A DNA stretch of 64,000 nucleotides from Phallusia mammillata (taxonomy: Eukaryota): NCBI GenBank assembly GCA_965637545.1, contig OZ281494.1, positions 9,548,001-9,612,000 on the forward strand. Reading direction: 5' to 3'. A program made the translations under genes and the position numbers. The first letter of the stretch is position 1; each line of letters begins with the position of its first letter. Below the pieces are notes generated by a model. The model saw only the letters and a program-made list of their open reading frames with translations. It had not been told where the DNA came from and searched no databases. Below are positions 49,779 through 60,497 of this stretch, one piece after another.

Positions 49779-51223
49779 CGTGTGAGCATTCCAGTCCAGA
49801 AAACATGCGACTTGATCTCAGATTGCGTCAATTCAACAGACGAACTAAACTGTTCTGAATCCACACACTTCTACTGCCTTAACAAGTCACCTCCATATGT
49901 ACCAAGAACCAAAGTTCTCGATGGCGTTTCGGACTGTAGCGATTCCTCAAGCGAATGTCCTCCAAACTACTTGAAAAACGACGCACTTGCCTCCAACGAG
50001 CAAATGATCAAAATTCGAGCACTTGAGATCCTGGTGTGGTTTATGGCCGTATTGGCGTTGTTTGGCAACCTCGCAGTTATGATAAACACTGCGCTTTACT
50101 TCAAAGAAATCAAATTCAATCAATTGCAAAACAAAGTAGGATTGATCAACAACACAATGATTTTCAACTTAGCAATAGCTGATCTTCTCATGGGTATTGT
50201 TCTTCTGGTTGTTGGAATCAAGGCGGTCGAGTTTTCAGGGAGTTACTGTCTTTTTGACAAATTGTGGAGATCTAGTAACCTGTGCAACGCAATCGGTGCC
50301 ATGACAGTGATTTCAAGTGAGACATCAGTGCTTACATTGCGGTTTGCATCACATCATATCGTCTCTACATCATTTATAAACCTTTCGAAACTCGTTGTAT
50401 CAGGGGCAGAATTGCAATAATGTGGATCTGTATCATCTGGTTTGTCTCATTTCTTCTTGCTTTGCTCCCATTTTCTACCGTCTTGTCTGGAAATATGTTG
50501 ACCAGCGCTCAAATCACACCCAGTCCTTATTTCTATTCTGATCAAGTGAAACTTACCGACTTCCGGCAATTTGCTCTGCGAATCGCTGCTTTGGGCAACA
50601 AAACTCAGCAAAAAATTGAGTCATACAATTGGGACGACCTTAACGCCTATCTAACTTTGGAACAAAGCTCCGTGGCGCCATCTACTGTCGGTTATTTTGG
50701 TTACTACAGCAGCAGCAGCGTATGCATTCCACGTTTGTTTCGCATTAGCAAAAACGAATCCGGCGTCAATCCGATGTCGTCCATTGTAATCTCGTTCAAC
50801 TTTGTGGCACTTCTTTACATCGCCTCGTCTTATGTTGGCATTTACATCAAATCGAGTGGCAACGAGGTGACTAAATCCAACAAGGTGAAGAACAAACAGA
50901 ATGTGAGCATGCAACGGAAAATCACATTGCTCATAGCAACTGACATGTGCTGCTGGTTACCAATTTGCATCATGACATTTCTTAGTATGTCAGGAGTTGT
51001 TCTGCCTCCGGATTCCTATGCAGTTTCGGCAGTGGTTCTCCTGCCCATTAACAGCTCACTCAACCCGATGATTTACAATAACTTTCCACAGATGGTCTAT
51101 TCCAAAATCCGATTTCTTATCAACAAAGCCAGAAGTTGCTTCAATTCCTCGCCATTGCGCAACGCCGTGCATCGGCCATCAGCCGAGCTTGAAATGCCCA
51201 AGAAAAATGTCACTAAAGTGTAA
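49779..51223 (+). pseudogene. LDLa-GPCR copy B, last exon only visible, with a 2-nt insertion frameshift at ~50340
   Basis: Highly similar to 47398-48835. Copy A CTTACATTAGTTTGT corresponds to copy B CTTACATTGCGGTTTGC, which splits the ORF (49449 and 50420 ORFs). The 5' exons presumably lie in the gap. Confidence 0.7.
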
Positions 51224-52297
51224 CCTACAAATTTTTGACGTAAATTGGCCATAACACCACGAAAGGCACGCTACTCTTTAGGACTAAATTTAGATAGTTG
51301 TTGTCTGCTAATTATATACGTGGACTACCTTTGTCTGACGTTTCTGTAAATAAAACCCTTGCGCTGTCAGATGTCAGTGATGCCCTAAAATGTATAACTT
51401 TATGTGGATAAGTGAAACTTTCACCAAGTAAAGCCGTATACGGTCCCCGCCACTTGACGCTTGTGCAACGGTATAGCTAACGCGTGCCCTTTTGCTTTTC
51501 ATCTTTTCCTCATCTGTGCATTTTTGCTGTATGCCCTACTTTCCGTTTAACATTATGCAGCTTTATCCGCTTTGGTAAATGCTATAGCGCGACTGTGCTG
51601 CTACGATTTGTTCAACGAGCAAATGAAACTCAAATCAATGCCGTCCTTGAATGAGTAGAGTGCTAAAAACGGAATTTGCGGACTTTGCTGTTGTGTGTTT
51701 TTGTACAGACTGCAGAATGTAGCGTACAAGTATGACATGTCTTGTTCGAAACTGAAACTTGTTCACTTATTTCAATACCGTACGCAAGAATTATGCTTTA
51801 ATATAATAGACTTCTTCTATTTTCATTGTCGTTTTGCCTGGACGCAGCGATAAGTTCATTATTTTTGTAACTCTGTCGATGTTAATGTGTTTACTCATTT
51901 TCGCAACAGAAAAATTTAGTTGAACCCTCTTTTTTATTTTAAAACCGACCATTGTATTACTGTAATTCTTTTCCTGGAATATGTATGTACTTACAATTTT
52001 ATTAGACGTCGCTTATGTGTTGTGACTAAAACTGCATGATTTACAGCAGTATTACGTTTCCTGGTCATTGTAGGCAATGTGTAATGTACAACGGCATTTG
52101 TTCTCTGTTAAAGCGAACAGAAAATAGTCGCAATCATCTTGTAATATAAAAATACAAAATGGCCGATAAATTTACGCAAAGAAACATGTGACGTTATAAG
52201 ATACCAAGAAACTAAACTGCAATTACACAATTTAAGAAACAATTTTCGTATTAACATTAAGAACCAGTTCGAGTCGTTCGAAAAAATCATTACTTAC

Positions 52298-52345
52298 CCT
52301 TCGACCAAAAAGAGGCAAACAGTAATACAACAAATTGAATTTCAT
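52298..52345 (-). pseudogene. Orphan copy of Ly6 exon 1 carried by the tandem duplication
   Basis: Matches 42617-42665, including the GTAAGT donor, but is 1 nt shorter. No recognisable exon 2 lies downstream; similarity to copy A ends near 52190. Confidence 0.65.
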
Positions 52346-53230
52346 GTTGGAAGTGCGGAAAAAGCTTTAAACCCTGTCTTGTAGAAATCGTTTGTCAAAA
52401 CACAACTTGATCAGCGTTTTAAGAATGGCCACGTGTCGGACGATCACCGCATTTATGCAAAATTATCTCTTTTTCTTTGTTTTGTCATGGGATTTTGGGC
52501 TGGTAGAACGAGAATATATGGTGTTTTACAATGGTTTTGTTTGAGAGGTTGGGAATTTGGATACAATGCTTGCGTCAAACAATGGAAACGATACTCGTAA
52601 AATGTAAATTCAAATCGGTTGTTTAACTCGCAGAAAATCTCTGGTAGTGTGTTATATAGTCCCAAGGTTTTACGGCATTTTTACTGGACTTAAACGAAGT
52701 AATATATTCTTAAGGCAAACGGTCAAACAGCGCACCAAACAGTTCTTTGCATCCTAACTATAGACAATAAGCGTCCTACTTGGAATTTCCCTTGTCATGA
52801 AATTCGGCTCCGCTACTTGACTCTTAATGGTGCTTCATTTCCTTATATAGCTAAGATTAGGTTTACTTTAGGGCTTCTGGTTCGCAAATTTATTAGACTT
52901 GATGAAGTATTTTAGTTGAAAAACCCGAAATAGTTGGGGAAAAGTTTTGTGCTTTAGAAATAAACCTGATACCTAAGGCAGATTTAACTCAAAAAAATCG
53001 ACTATGTCTTGCTGAAGATTGATGCTTGGTTTCTATTCAAGTTCAAAGACGTGTAATAGATCTTTTAGGTTAGAATTAAAGTCACTTTCAGAAACTATGT
53101 ATCAGTTGTGACCAAAATTAGAATTTGTTCATTTATCCCCAAATATGTAAAAATACCACCAGGAAGCTAAATTAAAGTACCATTTTATGTGACACGGTAT
53201 TGTATGATAAACTAAAGTGCATGTAAAAGA

Positions 53231-53282
53231 ATGGTACCATTTGTGCTCTTTGTTGTTCTTTCTTGGATCTCAATACCTCAAG
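53231..53282 (+). CDS. Exon 1 (signal peptide MVPFVLFVVLSWISIPQ) of LDLa-GPCR copy C, whose intron 1 is interrupted by the Polinton
   Basis: 52-nt paralog of 44207-44258 with an AG|GTAAGT donor. The region 52380-53446 aligns with 42700-44414. Confidence 0.75.
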
Positions 53283-53446
53283 GTAAGTGGTAAGGAAAAA
53301 GTGTATACTTATTCTTTTGAAATAAGGTTGGCAAAATTTTACTCATAAACTATCATGCAAATGTAACTGATTTTAGTATTACGTACAATTTCGTCTCACA
53401 CTTCAGATGAGATTTTTCGACAGTTAACGTTCAGTTGTGTCAAATT

Positions 53447-54000
53447 AGTAGTATATATTGTGGCTTTGACCCACCAAGTATGCTCAATTACTTCCGGTCT
53501 AACCCTATAGACGGTTAGACGTCAACCCTAAGTTTAGACCCTTAGTTTAGACGCTAACCCCAACTATAACCCTAACCCTAACGGTAATAACCCTGAGTTT
53601 AGACCCTAACCCTAACTATAACCCTAGTTAAGACCCTAGGTTTAAATGCTAACCCTAGGTTTAGACGGTAATCATTCTAAGTTTAGACTCTGACCCAAAG
53701 TTTAGGAGCTAACCCTAACCCCAACCCTAGTTAAGACCCTAGGTTTAAATGCTAACCCTAACCCTAACCCTAGGTTTAGACGGTAATCATTCTAAGTTTA
53801 GACTCTGACCCAAAGTTTAGGAGCTTCAATCCTAAGGGTAATAACCCTACGTTTAGACGTTAATTTGAGATGCTAATAATTCTAACTATAACCCTTTAGA
53901 GGGTAATGAATGTAATCCTATGGATGATTTTCCTAACTATTTGGTATGTATTAGGTATAACCCTAGGTAGTTTGTTGCCCAGATTGATATAACCCTAAAC
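53447..54000. repeat. Presumed left terminal inverted repeat with degenerate telomere-like (CCCTAA/AACCCT) repeats and an internal ~90-bp duplication
   Basis: Many AACCCT/CCCTAA/TTTAGAC units. 53620-53710 is repeated at ~53725-53826. The right TIR is not in the window, so TIR status is inferred. Confidence 0.7.
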
Positions 54001-54376
54001 GGTAAAAACCGCAAGATTGCATTATCTTTACGTTTGTGGTGAGCTGGCCTCGCTTGCGGAAATTGTTTCCTGAATTGCATTGCTATTGAGGGCAATTGGA
54101 TGGGAACAATTGTACGCTAGGCAATCGTGTTTACCAGGCCCATCAAAGGGCTTGGCGAAGCCAATAATTCGCGCCTGCAGACCTGTTTTCTGACGTAATA
54201 TTGCAAAGACGGTTTTGACGCAGTCAATTGCCAAGCGCTTCGGGGAGAATTTATTCATCGAATAACGTTTGTACAACCAAGTCATTTGCTATATAATTGG
54301 ACGAAAAAGAGTTTACAAAGTCATGCGAAAAAATTGCGATATGTACATGTTGTTGAAAACACAAATGATTGTTTGC

Positions 54377-57300
54377 TCAAAGTTCATTGGGCGCGGTTGA
54401 AATTCCGTCGCCTTGAACAATGCGCTTTCCGTAGAAGTAGGTTAAACCCGACTTGTATTGATTGTACGTATAAATTTCAGAGCGCTTAACCATAAAACCA
54501 ACATTTTTAGTTGTGTGCGATATTTGGGATCTTAAAACATTGAAATAGTTCTCTTTTCTCATTTCATTTTGTCTTCGATTCACCCCTTTGCAAGAAAATT
54601 TTTGACTCGAGTCGCCGAATGCAAAATACGTTTTTGAACACAATGCAACAATGCCATGGCCTTGGAATTCAACTTTCCACAACCCCCCTGACCTACGATC
54701 GTGAGCATATTGTTTTAGACAACAAGGCAGAAGATCCCAGGGAAAGCCCCCTTTCTTTGCTTTCAGGAAGTCATTGAAATGAGCAGGGCAGTACTGGCGC
54801 AAAAACCATTCTCCATACTCGTGGTAAAATTCAGTTAGCATGTGAGCTTTAACACAACTGTCTAAATTATTGCTAGATAAACTAACGTAACACGAGTCCG
54901 TGTCTATTAATACAATTTGATATTTGTTACGTTCAAGGTATTTATCTAGCATGTCATAAACAAATGCCAACAATCTTTGCTTTGCGTAACAAAAGATAAA
55001 AAGCCGATTTGGGAAGGGTAATTGAATTTGCACACAGCCTTTCGGCTTACCACCTGATATAGTCCATTCCCTAAACAATTGATGCTGCTAAAACGACGAT
55101 TGGCCACACACATTGCCGCTTTTGGGGCGTCCACATATTTTATGTTTTTGTGTTTTTCGACGTTCGTTATGGTCCGTCCAAATGCCGAGTTTGTTTGCAG
55201 TTTAGCCAACGTCCCTAAAATCGTGTAGTTCGGAGATGTATCTCCAAGCCTTCTGTCATTTGCTATTTTTTCACCAAAGCCTTCGAAGCAAGCAACAGGT
55301 TTAAATTCGATGAATTGATGAATTTTGTCTACAGTCAAGCCGTGCGTCATGTAAAATTTCACGAGAGGTGAAGTGAGAAATATTTTTGTCCCATGGAAAC
55401 TGCTGATTAACATTCGTCTCGGTTTTTTCAAAATGTTGTGTTTTTCCGCGTATGCTTTCATATGCGGTCCAATGTCATCTCGGCCCACATTTGTATTTTT
55501 GAATATTGGCGGAAACTGAGCGAGCTTGGTTTTCAAATGTTCAGGAGTAGAGATGTCACACTCGACCAAACCAAAAAGTCGATCGTTTTTTATATCAGCG
55601 ATTATTTCGCCTTCCGACATTTTGCCTTTGGTGTTATGAAAAAGATTCAGTTTGTTGAGAAAGTGTTTGACCTGGAAGTCGTTTCTTTTCTGATGTTTCC
55701 AAGCGCATTCCGCCATTTCAATCACCGTGTAACCGAGCGACCGAAGGTAATTGGTGGTTTGTTGAGTGTCTTGTCGTAATTGCCACATGGTCTTCTTCAA
55801 CTTTTTGTTGTAAGTGTCATCTTTGAAATATTTACAACAGCCATGGTAAAAACACCCTGTAGTTCAAGTTCAAAGTGTTAACGATTTCATTTTATAGTTT
55901 GTAAATCACCAAACAAGCAAATTATTTTTTAACTAACAAGGCAAAGCAAACTAAGTTTTAATCTCTGTATTATATAAGAGCAATACCAGGTTTGTTTTGT
56001 TGTTTTTTTCAACAAAGTTTATTTTATATTTCACTACATTTTATTCTAAAATAATGCATTTGGGAAAACACAAAGTTTAGTGAACATGTATAGGACCACC
56101 GTTCGCGCTTGCAACATTGCGGAAATTGTTGGCCTAATTGTATTACCAGAGCCCCATAGCGTGGACAATTTGTTGGAAAACTACCAGCTCGCTTTGTGAC
56201 GTAAACGCTTGCAACACCAAACTTGTAAAGTAAGTTTTTGTTTAATAAAAGCGTTAAACTTGGCACGAAAACGCACCGATCTTTGGATGTTTCCTTGTCC
56301 AAACGAAAAGGAAGTCATTTCTCATTGAACTTTGCAAGTAAATGACTATTTTTATAGTTCAAGGAAACAATTCGCTTACAACATCAAACTAGCATAGTGC
56401 TTTTTTTATGTTTCTTTTTGTTCAATAAATGGATAAAATTTGGCAGGAAAACATCGTTGGATATTTCTATATTTCTACATGTTTTTTCTATATTTCATGG
56501 GAAAAGGAAGTAATTGAAGTTCTGTGGGGGGCCCACATTTTGCTTGCAATTTATAACTCACCGTGAAATTGGTATACATTCCCCGATGACGTATACCCAT
56601 CTACACGAACTCGTTTTGAACCCAAAACAGCTTCTTTGGAGTTGAACTGATGGTAAATCGTCTGACCTGAGCGATGAGATTCCCATTCCAAAAATTCGAC
56701 AGCAATTTGACTGTGATAGTTTCTGAACTCTGGTTTAAACTGGTTATTACGTAGTCGACGAATTCCAAAACCGGTAGGCATTTCCATCATCAGACACTGA
56801 AAAGATTAAACACAAAACATGAGATCGAATTTGGGTCGAATGAAAACAACCCCATATCGATACTTACTTTAGTGTACAAGCTATTTGCGTCGTATCCAAT
56901 CACGGATTGACAAGGTAGTTTTCCATTTTCAAGAGCGCGGATGATTGTGATGCCTCTTTCACAATACCGAGAATGGATTATCGCAGGACCTCCCACAACC
57001 TGATGTCTTATTAGTTCAACCAAGTCCTTGTTTTTTTCACCAAAAAGCATAAAAACTTCCCCGTGTTTTAAATTCCGATACATGATTTTTGCCGTTAGAC
57101 CAGGGATCGATACGGCTTCTTTGAACATGTCGCAATTCTGGGATTTGTACAAATCAAACTGTTTTTGCAACGCTTCCAGAAAGGGTAATACATCCAGCGT
57201 ATTATAATACTCCAAGTAGTCTCGAAGAGATGTCATTCCCTTTTCTTTCCAAACCTAATACAAACACTGTTCTTTAGAAAATTAAAAACAAAATAATTTA

Positions 57301-59406
57301 CATGTTTTTGAAAAACAACTCACGTTTAGGCACTTCTTGTAAGCCTCTTCGGAAATATTGCTTCCTTTAATGTGACTGTAGAATTCTTTATGTGGAGGTA
57401 ATTCTCTTTCCTGGAGACGTTCCAGCGTCGTTATGTATTCATACGGAAACGAAGCTTTCATTTGAGTGCAATCGTAGGCTTTCAAATATTGTTCGTACGA
57501 CGTGCCCGCTGCCAGATAATAGCTGATGTCTAGAAACCGCAGTGACTCTGTACTCAAACACATAAAGCTTTGATCCTTTTTAACAACGCTAATTCTTTGA
57601 CCTTGTTGTTGCAAAGACATGATCAAATACGGTTTGATAAGATTCATATCAAATCGGCCGCCGTTGAAAGTAAAAAAATAATTGCATGAGATGTGTTTCT
57701 AGTTCCCGTCTAATCTGGTACAAGGGCAATTGCTTTACTTCAACAGACTCCTTTAAACTCTGGGCTTGTAAGAGGTCATCAACTTGTTCCAGTAAGCTTT
57801 TATATTTTGGTTGTAGAAGATTGTACGCTTGGTTTGACATTGCAAGCAGGCGATTCGTTAATTTGTCAATCAACCCTTGAGAATTTCCATCCGTCACTTG
57901 AAAATAGGCGTTTTCAAAGCCTGGTATGTTGGAACTTACGCAAAACGACAGCGGTTTGTGTCGTTGCGTGTATTCCGTTTGGATGGTTTTGGACGGCAGA
58001 TTTTCTGAATCCAAATAGCTCTCAAAATCAAAAACGGCGCGAAATTCGTAGAAACGATCTACAACGCTCACATCAATTCCTGCAAATTCCATTTTTTCAA
58101 ACACAGTTTTTGAACATTGATAGGAGCCAGCGGGATACACTTTTTTGACGCTGTTTGTGCATTTTTTCTCATGTCGATTTAATTCATAAAAATTCTTGAA
58201 GTTCGTGCCACAAGACTTGCATGCAAATGAATTGGAAAATTGGTTGAAGTTTCGAATCAGACTAAAATGATTTTCGTACAGATTTAAATTGCAGGTGGGA
58301 TAGGTTTGTTTCATCAACAAAGACGGTGAGCGTTGCACGAGTCTGGAAACCACTTCTCCGTTGAATTTCTTCAGTTCAAAAACCGAAATGTTGATTTTAA
58401 ACAACTGTTCCAAAGCGTAAATATCACAGAGTTGAACACCGGCGAAATCGCCCACTCTTTCACGAGACCAGCGTGAATACAAGTCTATCATTTCCCAGTT
58501 AACTTGCCTGTCCTGAAACCAAAGCTGAAGGCATCGGAAAAAACATAAATTGTCTTTGTGCAAACGACCATGGCTGTTCCGCAGCATACACACGATTGAT
58601 TTGTTGCGGCGGATGTAAGGCGGCAGTTCCGTTACTCGTCCACCAATCAACTGACGTCCACACTTGTAAACATAATATATAATGTTTGTAATAATTTCGA
58701 CGGTGTTTTTGGTGTCAGGTCGTTGCAGTTTTCCGATTTCCAGCAGATCCAACTCTCTGACCATGGCAATAAATCGCTCGACATCCTCGGGGGTATTGAT
58801 TGGAATCGGCTCGTCAATTGCAGGTGTTGCCGAATTAGAATGATAGTAACGTAGTTGTGCAGTTTCTTGATGACGCAGAATGGCACCAACGCTTAAAGAA
58901 ATTTTTGCGCGGTATGGTATTAATTCTAATAAATACTTTCGCAATTGTTCCAAATGATCAAAGTCGTCAAATGTGAAATTAAAACTATCAACTACCGGCT
59001 GCCCTATGTGATGCATTGTTCTAATGGAATCCCAGTGTCTAGAATAAAACTCTTGTAATTCTTCATCTAAGAATATAGGAGCTTCGTCCGTTCCGGCTAT
59101 AATCCGCGGTTGGTCAAAATCTGTTGCAAAAGAATTCTGTTGCGGACGTGACGATATCGGGTGATTTTCGGAAACATGATGCTCCAAATCGTTTAACCGT
59201 GGAAACGAACTATCACAGTATTGACAGCTGTATTTTGGCTGACCGCGACAGGACGTTTTATGACGTTGGACATCGCGCGGGTATCTGAATACTCCATTAC
59301 AATATTCACATGTTGCATGAGCTCTTGCTTCGTGCAGTAGCAAATGAGAGTTTAACAATGCTTCAGTCCGGAAAATCCGAAAGCAATTAGGGCAGCTATA
59401 AGACAT
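54377..59406 (-). CDS. Protein-primed family B DNA polymerase, spliced: exons 59406-57324, 57254-56868, 56796-56562, 55856-54377 (~1394 aa after correcting two 1-nt homopolymer frameshifts)
   Basis: ExoI VFDFES, ExoII FNGGRFD, ExoIII YNTLDV, motif A GYDANSLY, motif B KLQTNSAFG, motif C IDTDS, then SKTY and CKGV. Vsr-like insert VDGY..YQFHGCFYHGC..LGYTVIEMAEC. Three N-terminal C2H2/C2HC-like fingers. AATAAA at 54255-54250. Confidence 0.9.
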
Positions 59407-59549
59407 TGCCTATCGACCTAAATGAAATACAAAATAGGTATGAAATAAATGCATCATATATTGGATGCAGAATACAAGTGTTACATTGTTATACACGTGA
59501 TTATAAGATTACAAGCAATACACATTTGATTGGATGTGAAATGAACACA

Positions 59550-60116
59550 TCAATTGGCTTTGGAGAAAGTCTTTCCCACTTGATTCACTAATTTCAACAC
59601 GGCGTTTTCAGTAGCTTCTTTCCTCTGACAAAAGTCGACCATGAGTTGTTCATCTTCTGAATCTTCTAACCCTGGTGCATTCGCAGCTTGATTTGTTGCC
59701 TCGGCATTGAGCCCACTTGTTCCTGCACTAAGATCATCTTCTTGATTGTAATACGACTCTCCTAAAAGATGTTCGAGGTAGCGCCTCTCAATCTGTCTGA
59801 CTGGTCTGTAAACATGCCTGGTAGGTTTTTCCTTGGTTCTGCATGAGATTAATGTCGCAGGTCGGCGAGAACGGATAAACGGATTCCCTTCGTCGCTATC
59901 TAAATCATACTTTTCCATAAGTCGTTTGCTTTTTGGAGAGAATTCCAACTTTCTCTTGGCTTCAGTCATTTTTTCTTTATCAATTTGGTTTTTGCGTAAT
60001 GTTCTCTTCTTTCGCTCTTTGCGTATTACCTTTTGGTTTTTTTTTAGTTTAGACAATTGTTTCGGACTGTCGCCACTATCACTAATCACTATCGCCTTTG
60101 TTTTGCGGCGCCGCAA
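59550..60116 (-). CDS. Polinton accessory ORF, Lys/Arg-rich then acidic; start unresolved
   Basis: 188-codon open frame with NLS-like basic clusters. It begins at TTG, and the upstream frame is broken by a TAA. No homology recognised. Confidence 0.4.
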   Translation of the reverse strand: MRRRKTKAIVISDSGDSPKQLSKLKKNQKVIRKERKKRTLRKNQIDKEKMTEAKRKLEFSPKSKRLMEKYDLDSDEGNPFIRSRRPATLISCRTKEKPTRHVYRPVRQIERRYLEHLLGESYYNQEDDLSAGTSGLNAEATNQAANAPGLEDSEDEQLMVDFCQRKEATENAVLKLVNQVGKTFSKAN

Positions 60117-60497
60117 ACTTTTGTTCAGCGGTTAAAAATCTTCGTCTGAGTTAAGAATAATATCATTGCTTGCAAGATTCTTTGCCATGATGCTTTTACT
60201 GGGTACAGATTGCACTGAACCGTGGGGATCACTTAAAGGCATGGCATGGGAAAAAATCCACAGCGGCTGGAAACGACGAGAGAGCCTTGCAATTTGCGAC
60301 ATCGTGGTGCAATTGTTTAGGGTTGTTTGAATTGGTCAATTCAGTTTTAATTGCGCAATACATACGTCACTGTATTGCGCCACATGTCGGGACTTGCCTG
60401 CCGAAACCAAAAAACAAACAAAACACGTGTGGTTTTGCGGCAATGCTTAAAAAGGGAGAGGTTTTCATGTCGACCCCGAACATTAAATTGCAACAGC

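Noticed and set aside
49449-49864. ORFs spanning the N run
   Set aside because: Artefacts of translating across the assembly gap.
53500-54000. True telomere or CRISPR-like repeat array
   Set aside because: The repeats are degenerate, internal and bounded by the Polinton AGTAGT end. There is no repeat-spacer structure and the sequence is eukaryotic.
54028-54285. 85-aa ORF between the TIR and the PolB 3' end
   Set aside because: No recognisable homology, and it overlaps the likely PolB polyA signal region. It is left unannotated but not excluded.
54998-57678. Programmed ribosomal frameshifting in PolB
   Set aside because: The two shifts are in opposite directions and neither has an in-frame canonical slippery heptamer. 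Sequence error or mutation is simpler.
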